64,000 nucleotides of DNA from contig CAIJRN010000015.1 of NCBI GenBank assembly GCA_903823115.1, positions 7,733-71,732 of the forward strand, in the 5' to 3' direction. Source of the stretch: an uncultured cyanobacterium (GTDB taxonomy: Bacteria; Cyanobacteriota; Cyanobacteriia; PCC-6307; Cyanobiaceae). The position numbers were made by a program, and so were the translations under genes. Shown here piece by piece: positions 1-8,341 of the stretch. How positions within the stretch are numbered: position 1 is the first letter of the stretch; each line of letters starts with the position of its first letter. The notes under the pieces were generated by a model, which worked only from the letters and a program-made list of their open reading frames with translations, did not search any database and was not told the DNA's origin.

Positions 1-63
1 CTGGATCCGCATGGGGAGCTGAACGCCCTGGCCGCAGCGCTTCGGGCCCCAGCAGCACGCCGT

Positions 64-432
64 TCAGCTGGCGGGCGTGGCGGCGTTGGGAGCGGCTTGG
101 GGGGCAGTCTGGGGGGAGCTCGGCGCCGGGGTGGGGCCCGGGGATGGCTGGCTGGCCGGCCCGGGTGTGGGAGCGGCGTGCGTCAGCGGCGGCTCGCTGT
201 ACCAGACGGTGCAGCGGTAACGGATGTTGTTCATGCCCACCTCCAGGTCCATGCACTGGGTCTTGGTGACGATGGCGCTCCTGGGCACCTGGGACATCGC
301 CGCCTGGCGAGCCCCTGATCTGTCCATCACCGAATCAGCCGTGACGCTGCCGGCCAGCGCGGGCGCTGCCGTCAAGGTGAGCCCCAGCAGGATCAGGCTG
401 GCGCGGCGGAAGGCGCTGAGGGGATACGACAT
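64..432 (-). CDS. small secreted Pro/Ala-rich hypothetical protein (122 aa)
   Basis: The internal ATG at 432 of ORF 64..837 gives a signal-peptide-like N-terminus, MSYPLSAFRRASLILLGLTLTAAPALAGS. In-frame codons mostly end in G/C and the tail is Pro-rich. The upstream 135 codons are antisense to rsmA and look spurious. No family recognised. Confidence 0.5.
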   Translation of the reverse strand: MSYPLSAFRRASLILLGLTLTAAPALAGSVTADSVMDRSGARQAAMSQVPRSAIVTKTQCMDLEVGMNNIRYRCTVWYSEPPLTHAAPTPGPASQPSPGPTPAPSSPQTAPQAAPNAATPAS

Positions 433-508
433 CGGCGGTGAGCTGAGATCCCGGTCTAGCCAGATCGATCCGGGCTGGGAGCAATCTGGGGGGAACTGAA
501 GCCTGCCG

Positions 509-1351
509 ATGTCCTTTGGCGCCCATCGTGCCCGCAAGCGCTTCGGCCAGCACTGGCTGACGGATGCCTCGGTGCTCGATCGCATCGTCGCCGCCGCCGA
601 AATCGCCCCCGGCGAGCGGGTGCTGGAGGTGGGGCCCGGCCGCGGCGCCCTGACCGAACGGCTGCTGGCCACGCCGCTGGCCACGCTGCTGGCGGTGGAG
701 CTGGATCGGGATCTGGTGGCGGGCCTGCGCCAGCGCTTCGGCCACGAGCCCCGTTTGCTGCTGCTGGAGGGCGATGCCCTGACCCTGCCCCTGGCGCCGC
801 CCGAGGGGCCGGCGCCGCAGAAGGTGGTGGCCAACATCCCCTACAACATCACCGGTCCGTTGCTGGAGCGGCTCGTCGGTCGCCTCGATCGCCCGGTGCT
901 GCCCCCCTATCAACGCCTGGTGCTCTTGGTGCAGCAGGAGGTGGGGGAGCGCATCAGGGCCGCCCCCGGCAGCAGCGCCTACTCGGCCCTGAGTGTGCGA
1001 CTGCAGTTGCTGGCTCGCTGCAGTGCCATCTGCGCCGTGCCGCCCCGCTGCTTTTCGCCACCCCCCAGGGTGATGTCGGAGGTGATCCTGCTGGAGCCGC
1101 TGCCGCCGGAGCAGTTGTTGCCGCCACAGCGGGCCCGCCAGGTGGAGGCGTTGTTGCGCCGTTGCTTTGCGGCGCGTCGCAAGATGCTGCGCAACAGCCT
1201 GGCCGGTCTGCTGCCGGACGATCAGCTCGCCGAGCTGGCCGCCGCCGCCGGTGTGGAGCTCAGCCAGCGTCCCCAGGAGCTGGCGCCGCAGCGCTGGCTG
1301 GCCCTGGCGGCGGCTCTCGAGCAGCGTGCCCAGGTTCCGGTGGTTCCTTGA
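509..1351 (+). CDS. rsmA: 16S rRNA (adenine1518/1519-N6)-dimethyltransferase RsmA/KsgA
   Basis: The N-terminus RKRFGQHWL, the SAM-binding VLEVGPGRGALT and NIPYNITGPLL are classic KsgA motifs. Full-length 280 aa ORF with an ATG at 509. Confidence 0.93.
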   Translation: MSFGAHRARKRFGQHWLTDASVLDRIVAAAEIAPGERVLEVGPGRGALTERLLATPLATLLAVELDRDLVAGLRQRFGHEPRLLLLEGDALTLPLAPPEGPAPQKVVANIPYNITGPLLERLVGRLDRPVLPPYQRLVLLVQQEVGERIRAAPGSSAYSALSVRLQLLARCSAICAVPPRCFSPPPRVMSEVILLEPLPPEQLLPPQRARQVEALLRRCFAARRKMLRNSLAGLLPDDQLAELAAAAGVELSQRPQELAPQRWLALAAALEQRAQVPVVP

Positions 1352-1436
1352 AGGCTGGCTGCGCTCGAATCGGGCGGCAGCCGGACGCTTGTCTCTCCGC
1401 TCACCGCCGCTGACCGGCCTGCACCAGAAACCACGG

Positions 1437-1522
1437 TCACTACTGACAAGTCACTAGTGACAAGCCACCAGTGGCAGGCCACGAATGGCGGGCCATCCAG
1501 TGGCGGGTCACCAGTGGCGGGC
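1437..1522. repeat. tandem repeat array A: six 14-15 bp units, consensus yCACyAGTGrCrrG
   Basis: Read directly: tcactactgacaag / tcactagtgacaag / ccaccagtggcaggc / cacgaatggcgggc / catccagtggcgggt / caccagtggcgggc. Unit 2 contains the 10-bp palindrome TCACTAGTGA. Confidence 0.8.
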
Positions 1523-1730
1523 CAGAGGGGCATGACCCCACGGAGTGGCCAACGGATCGCTGCGCAGTCGGCTGCGCTGTCCGCTGCGGCCAGGTCTGGC
1601 CTGCTCTGCTGTCACCAGCACTGCCACACTCCCAGGGTTTCGGCCCTGCGCCTCCCTTGGACCGATGCGCTCAGGGATCCCTGAGCCGATCGATCCAGAC
1701 CAGGCCGGCAGGTCCAGGAGTTGGACCGCC

Positions 1731-1835
1731 ACGGTTTGCAGATGAACGATTTGCAGATGAACCGTTTGCAGATCCATGGTTTGCAGACCAATAGTTTGCA
1801 GATCCACGCTTTGCAGACTCACGGTTTGGAGCCCG
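1731..1835. repeat. tandem repeat array B: seven units in exact 15-bp register (ACGGTTTGCAGATGA-like)
   Basis: Read directly: acggtttgcagatga / acgatttgcagatga / accgtttgcagatcc / atggtttgcagacca / atagtttgcagatcc / acgctttgcagactc / acggtttggagcccg. Confidence 0.9.
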
Positions 1836-1929
1836 AAGCAATTCGGCCTGCATCCCCGCTGTCTGAACCCCCGGTTTTCCTGAGGGTTGTTCCTGCACTG
1901 TTTTGATCATCCATGCCCCTCCCCCGCCC

Positions 1930-2880
1930 ATGACCCTCACCGCCCTGGCTCCGGCCAAGATCAATCTGCATCTCGAGGTGCTGGGTCTGCGCAGCGATGG
2001 CTATCACGAGCTGGCGATGGTGATGCAGAGCCTCGATCTGGTCGACACGCTGCGGTTCACGCCCACCGCCGATGGCCAGATCAGCCTGAGCTGTGACCGG
2101 CCCGAGCTGCCCAGCGGAGCCGACAACCTGATCGTCAAGGCGGCTCAGCTGCTGCGCTCCCGCTCCGGCCTGCCGGAGCTGGGAGCGGCGATCGAGCTCG
2201 AGAAGCGCATCCCCATCGGTGCCGGCCTGGCGGGGGGCTCCAGCGATGGTGCAGCGGCGCTGCTGGGTCTGAACCAGCTCTGGGGTCTGGGTTTCAGCCA
2301 GGAGGCCCTGCTGGGCTTTGCCGCCGAACTGGGCTCCGACATGCCCTATTGCCTGGAAGGCGGTACCCGGCTCTGCTTCGGTCGGGGCGAACGGCTGGAG
2401 CCGCTCGCCCCCGGCCAGGTGCCGCCGTCCTGGGGGGTGCTGTTGATCAAGCATCCGGCCGTGAGCGTCTCCACACCCTGGGCCTATGGCCGCTGCCGCG
2501 AAATGCGTGCCGACTTCTACCTCAGCCGTGAGGAGGACTTTGAGCAGCGGCGCCAGAGCCTGCGGCTCGGCCCTCTGAGCCAGGCCCTGCGCGGCGAAGG
2601 CTCCCTGCCATTGCTGCGCAATGACCTGCAGGCGGTGGTGGCCCCCGAGGTGGAGAGCGTGACCCTGGGCCTGCAGTTGTTGCGTGGCGCCGGCCATCCC
2701 CTGGCCGTGGCGATGAGTGGTTCGGGTCCGAGCCTGTTTGCCCTCCATCGCGATCTGGAGGCAGCTGGCGCGGCCCGAGCGGAACTCGCCTCCGCTCTGC
2801 AGGCGGCCGGCTTCGAGAGCTGGTGCTGCGGCCTGCTCCCGGCCGGTGTCACCCTGGAAGGGGCTGCCCCCTCCGCCTGA
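1930..2880 (+). CDS. ispE: 4-diphosphocytidyl-2-C-methyl-D-erythritol kinase IspE
   Basis: [22 protein letters not shown] and the GHMP-kinase loop [16 protein letters not shown]. The ORF track begins at a TTG (1903); the ATG at 1930 ([13 protein letters not shown]) is the more likely start. Confidence 0.93.
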   Translation: MTLTALAPAKINLHLEVLGLRSDGYHELAMVMQSLDLVDTLRFTPTADGQISLSCDRPELPSGADNLIVKAAQLLRSRSGLPELGAAIELEKRIPIGAGLAGGSSDGAAALLGLNQLWGLGFSQEALLGFAAELGSDMPYCLEGGTRLCFGRGERLEPLAPGQVPPSWGVLLIKHPAVSVSTPWAYGRCREMRADFYLSREEDFEQRRQSLRLGPLSQALRGEGSLPLLRNDLQAVVAPEVESVTLGLQLLRGAGHPLAVAMSGSGPSLFALHRDLEAAGAARAELASALQAAGFESWCCGLLPAGVTLEGAAPSA

Positions 2881-2886
2881 GTCTCC

Positions 2887-3258
2887 ATGCCTTCCGATCC
2901 CCCCATGGCCGCGGCCGGTGCTCCGGTCCCGGCAGTGCCGGACCCGGCAGCTCCGGAGCCGGCAGCGCCGGAGACGGCTCCGCCGCGCAAGGGGCCGCTG
3001 AGTTTCCTGACCGGTGCCCTCACCAGTGGCCTACTGGCCTGGTTCTGCCTCGGGCTCAGTGGTCGCGTGGTGGGCTACTACGCCGAACACCCTCCTCACT
3101 ACGACGCCCAGATCGCCCAGAGCATCGCCACCGCTCTCAAGACGCTGTTGGTTGGCATGTGTTTTCTCGCCACCTTCAGCTTCGCCTTCATCGGCATCGG
3201 TCTGCTGCTGACCTTCCTGCGCAGCCTGCGGCCTGCCGTCACCGAAAAGCCTTCCTAA
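2887..3258 (+). CDS. small membrane protein, cyanobacterial DUF3082-like
   Basis: Pro/Ala-rich N-terminus followed by two hydrophobic helices (LTSGLLAWFCLGLSG; LLVGMCFLATFSFAFIGIGLLLTF). It resembles the conserved cyanobacterial protein found next to ispE/pdhB. Family assignment is from memory only. Confidence 0.7.
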   Translation: MPSDPPMAAAGAPVPAVPDPAAPEPAAPETAPPRKGPLSFLTGALTSGLLAWFCLGLSGRVVGYYAEHPPHYDAQIAQSIATALKTLLVGMCFLATFSFAFIGIGLLLTFLRSLRPAVTEKPS

Positions 3259-3295
3259 GCTGTCCCCTGCAACGGCCGCTCTTCAGCCAGTCCCC

Positions 3296-3391
3296 ATGAC
3301 TCCCCACGATCTCGGCCTGTTGGTGACCCTGCTCCTGCCGGGCATGTTGCTGTCGGTGCTGCTGCTGAGCACCTTCGCCGCCGGTGGTTGA
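3296..3391 (+). CDS. candidate 31-aa hydrophobic micro-protein
   Basis: ATG..TGA ORF below the track cut-off: MTPHDLGLLVTLLLPGMLLSVLLLSTFAAGG. It has a single predicted TM helix and almost all codons end in G/C. No homology evidence. Confidence 0.3.
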   Translation: MTPHDLGLLVTLLLPGMLLSVLLLSTFAAGG

Positions 3392-3598
3392 GCTCTGCCA
3401 GCAGCCGGCCGCAGCAGGCTCTCAGCTCCCTGTTCCTGGCTCCACCAGGGAGGTGCGGTGTCGGATCGGCCTGATCGGCCCAGCCAGAAACCGCTCTGGG
3501 CTGGCAGCCCAGTGGGCATTCTGAAACCAGTCAGCTGTCTGAGATAAGTTGAGCGCGCTCCGCCCCCAACGGTGCGCCAGCCCCCGAGCCTTTTTGTC

Positions 3599-4582
3599 GT
3601 GGCCGAAACCCTCCTGTTCAACGCCCTGCGCGAGGCCATCGACGAAGAGATGGCCAGGGATCCCTATGTGTGTGTGATGGGAGAGGACGTCGGCCAGTAC
3701 GGCGGCTCCTACAAGGTCACGAAGGATCTCTACGAGAAATACGGTCACCTGCGGGTGCTCGATACACCGATCGCCGAAAACAGTTTCACCGGCATGGCTG
3801 TCGGTGCGGCCATGACCGGGCTGCGGCCGATTGTCGAGGGCATGAACATGGGCTTCCTGCTGCTCGCCTTCAACCAGATTTCCAACAATATGGGCATGCT
3901 CCGCTACACCAGCGGCGGCAACTACACGATTCCCGCCGTGGTCCGGGGGCCCGGTGGTGTCGGCCGCCAGCTCGGTGCTGAGCACAGCCAGAGGCTGGAG
4001 GCCTATTTCCACGCTGTTCCCGGCATCAAGATCGTGGCGGTCAGCACCCCCACCAATGCCAAGGGCCTGATGAAAGCGGCGATCCGCGACAACAACCCGG
4101 TGCTGTTCTTCGAGCACGTGTTGCTTTACAACCTCTCCGAAGATATCCCTGAAGGGGATTACATCTGCGCCCTCGATCAGGCCGAGGTGGTGCGAGCGGG
4201 CAAGGACGTCACGATCCTCACCTACTCGCGCATGCGGCATCACTGTCTCAAGGCGGTGCAACAGCTGGAAGCCGAAGGGGTCGATGTGGAACTGATCGAT
4301 CTGGTCAGCCTCAAGCCCTTCGACATGGACACCATCGCCACCTCGATCCGCAAGACCCACAAGGTGCTGGTGGTGGAGGAATGCATGAAAACCGGCGGCA
4401 TCGGTGCCGAGCTGCTCGCCCTGATCACCGAACACTGCTTCGATGATCTCGATGCCAGGCCGGTGCGCCTCTCCTCCCAGGACATCCCGACGCCCTACAA
4501 CGGCAATCTGGAGAACCTGACGATCATCCAGCCGCACCAGATCGTTGAGGCCGCCCTCCAACTCAAGAGCGGGCGAATCTGA
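3599..4582 (+). CDS. pdhB: pyruvate dehydrogenase E1 component beta subunit
   Basis: [40 protein letters not shown] and [18 protein letters not shown] are typical of E1-beta. Start taken as the GTG at 3599; the track start at 3572 is also GTG. Confidence 0.93.
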   Translation: MAETLLFNALREAIDEEMARDPYVCVMGEDVGQYGGSYKVTKDLYEKYGHLRVLDTPIAENSFTGMAVGAAMTGLRPIVEGMNMGFLLLAFNQISNNMGMLRYTSGGNYTIPAVVRGPGGVGRQLGAEHSQRLEAYFHAVPGIKIVAVSTPTNAKGLMKAAIRDNNPVLFFEHVLLYNLSEDIPEGDYICALDQAEVVRAGKDVTILTYSRMRHHCLKAVQQLEAEGVDVELIDLVSLKPFDMDTIATSIRKTHKVLVVEECMKTGGIGAELLALITEHCFDDLDARPVRLSSQDIPTPYNGNLENLTIIQPHQIVEAALQLKSGRI

Positions 4583-4583
4583 G

Positions 4584-6086
4584 ATGGCACGCCAACAGGG
4601 CTGGATTGCCTTCATCCTGGCGCTGGCCATCGCCAGCGGTGCCCTGCTTGCCACCTATGGCCTGCAACTGGGCCTTGACCTGCGCGGCGGCAGTCAGCTG
4701 ACGCTTCAGGTGATGCCGGCCGGCGCGATCACGAAGGTCGAAACGGAGCAACTGGAAGCCGTCAAGGATGTGCTGGAGCGACGCATCAACGGGCTGGGAG
4801 TGGCTGAATCCACCCTGCAGACCGTCGGCTCCGACCAACTGGTGCTGCAGCTGCCCGGCGAACAGAACCCCGGCCGCGCCGCCAAGGTGCTCGGCAGCAC
4901 CGCCCTGTTGGAGTTCAAGGCCCAGAAGCCCGGAACCGAGAAGGAGATGCAGGGGCTGCTGCGACTCAAGCGCCAGGCTGAGGCGGTGTTGGCCGCGAAA
5001 CGTCCCCAGCCCACCAGCACGGACAGTGGCCTGCCGGCGCCGCCGCCCAAGCCGAAACTGGCCCCGGAAGATCTGGCCAGGTCCCTGCGCTCCCTGGGTC
5101 TGACCGTGCCCGAGGGCAGCAGCGAATCCGACCAGATCGAGCTGCTGCTGGCGGAGGTCAATCACCGCATCGTCGGTCTCTATGGACCCACCTTGCTCAC
5201 CGGCAAGGACCTCACCAATGCCGGCCGGCAACAGAAAGCCACGGGCAACTTCTGGGACGTGACCCTGGGCTTCAACCGCGAGGGCGGCGAGAAGTTCGCC
5301 ACGCTCACCCAGTCGATCGCGGGCAGCGGACGCCTGCTGGGGATCGTGCTGGACGGGCGTTCGATCAGTGAGGCCAGTGTCGGCGAGGAATTCAAGGCTG
5401 CCGGCATCGCCGGTGGAGCCGCCAGCATCACCGGCAACTTCACCGCTGATGAGGCGAGGGATCTCGAAGTGCAGCTGCGCGGCGGCTCCTTGCCCCTGCC
5501 GGTCAAGATCGTCGAGGTCCGCACCATCGGTCCCTCGCTCGGGGCCGAGAACATCCGCACCAGCCTGCTGGCGGCCCTCTCCGGCCTGGCCTTGGTGGCG
5601 GTGTTCATGGTGGTGGTCTATCGGCTGCCGGGCCTGGTGTCGGTGCTGGCTCTGAGTCTCTATGCCCTGTACAACCTGGCGGTCTACTCCCTGATCCCGG
5701 TCACTCTCACCCTGCCCGGAATCGCCGGCTTCATCCTCTCGGTGGGGATGGCGGTCGATGCCAATGTGCTGATCTTTGAGCGGGTCAAGGAGGAACTGCG
5801 CTCCGGTAACACCCTGATCCGTTCGATCGACACCGGTTTTGCCAGGGCCTTCTCCTCGATCTTCGATGGCCACATCACCGGCCTGATCAGCTGCTCCGCC
5901 CTGTTTTTCCTCGGCACCGGCCTGGTCAAGGGCTTCGCCGTCACCCTGGCGATCGGCCTGCTGCTGAGTCTGTTCACGGCTCTCACCTGCACCCGCAGCC
6001 TGCTGCGGCTGTTGATGAGCTATCCGGCTCTGCGCCGTCCCACCTATTTCGTGCCCGCCGCTCAGTTGCCCGCATCGGTGCTCTGA
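4584..6086 (+). CDS. secD: protein translocase subunit SecD
   Basis: LGLDLRGGSQLTLQV, a large periplasmic domain, and a C-terminal 6-TM region with LPGIAGFILSVGMAVDANVLIFERVKEE. ATG at 4584 immediately after the pdhB stop. Confidence 0.93.
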   Translation: MARQQGWIAFILALAIASGALLATYGLQLGLDLRGGSQLTLQVMPAGAITKVETEQLEAVKDVLERRINGLGVAESTLQTVGSDQLVLQLPGEQNPGRAAKVLGSTALLEFKAQKPGTEKEMQGLLRLKRQAEAVLAAKRPQPTSTDSGLPAPPPKPKLAPEDLARSLRSLGLTVPEGSSESDQIELLLAEVNHRIVGLYGPTLLTGKDLTNAGRQQKATGNFWDVTLGFNREGGEKFATLTQSIAGSGRLLGIVLDGRSISEASVGEEFKAAGIAGGAASITGNFTADEARDLEVQLRGGSLPLPVKIVEVRTIGPSLGAENIRTSLLAALSGLALVAVFMVVVYRLPGLVSVLALSLYALYNLAVYSLIPVTLTLPGIAGFILSVGMAVDANVLIFERVKEELRSGNTLIRSIDTGFARAFSSIFDGHITGLISCSALFFLGTGLVKGFAVTLAIGLLLSLFTALTCTRSLLRLLMSYPALRRPTYFVPAAQLPASVL

Positions 6087-6107
6087 ACCTGATCCTGCCT
6101 GCTCCTG

Positions 6108-7100
6108 ATGCTTTCCTCCCCAGCCCCAATGCCCGATTCCAGCGCCGCGGCGATTCCCGTGCGCTACATGCGCATCAGCCGGCATCGCCGCCTGGCCTGG
6201 ATCGCCTCCGCCATTGGCTGTGGGCTCAGCGTGCTGGGCCTGGTGCTCTGCTGGCTCAATCCAGCCATCGCCTCGCCGCTCAAGCCTGGCCTTGATTTCA
6301 CCGGCGGCACCCAGATCCAGGTGGAGCGCCTCTGCCAGAGCGCCTGCGGCGAGCTCAGCGTCGCTGAGCTGCAGAAGCGTCTCAACAGCCTCTCCCTGCC
6401 CGCCATCCCTGGCGAGATCACCCCCAACCTCAGCAGCACTTCGGTGCAGGTGCTCGATGGCGGCCGTTCCCTGCTGTTGCGGCTACCGGCGCTGAGCGCT
6501 GATCAGAGCACCGAGCTGATCGAAGGCCTGACGTCCGTCACTGGGCCGCTCAAAAGCACGGGCACCTCGGTGAACACGATCGGACCGACCCTGGGCTCGA
6601 GGTTGTTGCGCGGCAGCATCATCTCCCTGCTGGTCAGTTTCGCTGCGATCGCTGTTTATATCAGTTTCATGTATAACGGCGTTTTCGCTTTCCTGGCCCT
6701 GCTTTGCCTCGCTCACGATGTGCTGATCACCTGTGGCGTCTTCGCCTGGCTGGGTCTGCTGCAGGGAATTGAAGTCGATTCTCTCTTTGCCGTTTCCTTG
6801 ATCACCGTAGCTGGTTATTCTGTCACCGATACGGTGGTGATCTACGATCGCATCCGCGAACAGCGCAAACTCCTGGCAGATCTGCCTCTGATCGATCAGG
6901 TGGATGTGGCTGTTGACGCCACCCTCACGCGCTCTATTTATACCTCTCTCACCACGCTTCTGCCTCTGATGGGTCTGCTGTTTTTTGGCGGCAGCAGTCT
7001 GTTCTGGTTCGCAGTCGCCCTGATCGTCGGCATCGCCGTCGGCAGTTGGTCCAGCATCGGCCTGGCTCCCACCCTGTTGCCCGTGCTCTCGCGCCGATGA
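6108..7100 (+). CDS. secF: protein translocase subunit SecF
   Basis: GLDFTGGTQIQV, then the SecF TM core (HDVLITCGVFAWLG, TVAGYSVTDTVVIYDRIRE). Lies directly downstream of secD. Confidence 0.92.
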   Translation: MLSSPAPMPDSSAAAIPVRYMRISRHRRLAWIASAIGCGLSVLGLVLCWLNPAIASPLKPGLDFTGGTQIQVERLCQSACGELSVAELQKRLNSLSLPAIPGEITPNLSSTSVQVLDGGRSLLLRLPALSADQSTELIEGLTSVTGPLKSTGTSVNTIGPTLGSRLLRGSIISLLVSFAAIAVYISFMYNGVFAFLALLCLAHDVLITCGVFAWLGLLQGIEVDSLFAVSLITVAGYSVTDTVVIYDRIREQRKLLADLPLIDQVDVAVDATLTRSIYTSLTTLLPLMGLLFFGGSSLFWFAVALIVGIAVGSWSSIGLAPTLLPVLSRR

Positions 7101-7321
7101 ACCCTGAATCACCCAGACGTCAGCGCAGCTGGTCGCTGTTGCCGCCGCTGCTGTTGCTGCTGGCCCTGGGCGATCTGGGCATTGAACTGCAGCTGCTGTT
7201 CGATCACTTCACCGTCACCACCCTGGTCACCGCCATTCGCAGCCATCCCCTGGCGGTGGTGGTGCTGCTGGCCCAGCCTTCGCTATGGCGCCATTACGGC
7301 AGGGTGAAGTCCCCCCAGTAG
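7097..7321 (+). CDS. small hypothetical membrane protein (74 aa), start overlaps the secF stop
   Basis: The ATG at 7097 overlaps the secF TGA (ATGA). In-frame codons are strongly G/C-ending. Hydrophobic segments LLPPLLLLLALGDLG and LAVVVLLAQP. No family recognised. Confidence 0.5.
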   Translation: MNPESPRRQRSWSLLPPLLLLLALGDLGIELQLLFDHFTVTTLVTAIRSHPLAVVVLLAQPSLWRHYGRVKSPQ

Positions 7322-7330
7322 GGCGCGATT

Positions 7331-8341
7331 TCAGCGCCCGTCCCAGCGATCCATGATGTCGCGCACCAGCACCTCCTCGCAGAGCACCTGTAGCACCACC
7401 ACCAGAGGCAGCGCCAGCAGCAGACCCGGAAGGCCCAGCAGGGCCCCCAGGCATAACTGGGACATCAAGGCCACCGTGGGCAACAGGTTGACGGTGCGCT
7501 TCAACAGCACCGGCGTCAGCAGGAAGGCCTCCGCGTTCTGAAGCACCAGGCGCAGCACCAGCACCTGCAGCACCTTGACCGGCGACGCCAGCAGCAAGGC
7601 GACCGCAAGCGGCAGCAGGGTGGCGGCGCTCGGGCCAATCGTGGGCACAAAGGTGAGCAGCCCGCAGACCAGGCCACTGAGCAGGGCCAGGGGCAACCCC
7701 AGCAGCGCAAGGCCCGCCCAGGTGGTCAGGAAGACCACGACGCAGGACAGCGTCATGCCCGCCAGCCAGCCGCCCAGCGCCTCGCGACATTCACTCAGCA
7801 GGGTGGCCATGCGAGCGCGGTAGAAGGCCGGTGTCGCCGCCACCACCAGTCGCTGATGGCTGCGCGGATCAAGGGCCATCAGGATCGCCAGCAGGGCCAT
7901 CAGCAGCACCTGGATGCTGGTGTTGGCCGCGCCCCCTGCCACTCCCAGCACCTGGGCACCGAGCGGCTGCAGGCGCTCCCAGTAGGTACCGGAGGTGAGT
8001 TGGCGCTCCAGTTCGTGCAGCCAGGGCACCTGGCTGACGAGGGACGCCAGGCGGTGGGTCAGCACCGGAAACAACTGGATCAGCTGTTGAATCTGCTGAA
8101 TCACCTCGGGCAGCAACAGGTTGCTGATCTGCCAGCCCACCAGCACCAGCACCACCAGCACGACGGCCAGGGCCGCGGGTCGGTTCAGCGGCAAAAGGCG
8201 GCGCAACAGACTGATCGGCACATCCAGGGCTACCGCCAGCACCACGGCACCGAAGAGCACCAGCAGCACCCAGCGCAGCTCCCAGACCAGCAGGGAGAGC
8301 ACCACCAGGGCCATGGCCCCCAGCAGGGTACGGGCTTTCAT
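7331..8341 (-). CDS. AI-2E family transporter (PerM-like permease)
   Basis: Multi-TM protein with the AI-2E/PerM architecture (FGAVVLAVALD..., C-terminal LPLVVVLQVL). The ATG at 8341 forms an ATGA overlap with the upstream paralog's stop. Confidence 0.85.
   Translation of the reverse strand: MKARTLLGAMALVVLSLLVWELRWVLLVLFGAVVLAVALDVPISLLRRLLPLNRPAALAVVLVVLVLVGWQISNLLLPEVIQQIQQLIQLFPVLTHRLASLVSQVPWLHELERQLTSGTYWERLQPLGAQVLGVAGGAANTSIQVLLMALLAILMALDPRSHQRLVVAATPAFYRARMATLLSECREALGGWLAGMTLSCVVVFLTTWAGLALLGLPLALLSGLVCGLLTFVPTIGPSAATLLPLAVALLLASPVKVLQVLVLRLVLQNAEAFLLTPVLLKRTVNLLPTVALMSQLCLGALLGLPGLLLALPLVVVLQVLCEEVLVRDIMDRWDGR

Noticed and set aside
1437-1835. Possibility that the short tandem repeats are a CRISPR array.
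   Set aside because: The units are 14-15 bp and directly abut each other with no unique spacers. No cas genes or leader are present. The pattern is simple tandem repetition.
1819-2748. 309-aa minus-strand ORF opposite ispE. Similar long antisense ORFs lie opposite the aminotransferase (15502..16554), recG (34637..36190, 36251..37366), typA (45452..47098), glyS (41112..42371), ilvD (60620..61729) and hemA (53620..54477).
   Set aside because: All are mirror images of genes with strong family motifs. They have Q/H/G/R/A-rich compositions and lack recognisable domains, so I treat them as non-coding shadow ORFs.
4563-6185. 540-aa minus-strand ORF spanning all of secD.
   Set aside because: It is exactly antisense to a well-supported secD. 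Its product is Gly/Ala/Gln/Arg/Asp-rich low-complexity sequence with no motifs. It is a typical shadow ORF of high-GC DNA, where stop codons are rare in the antisense frame.
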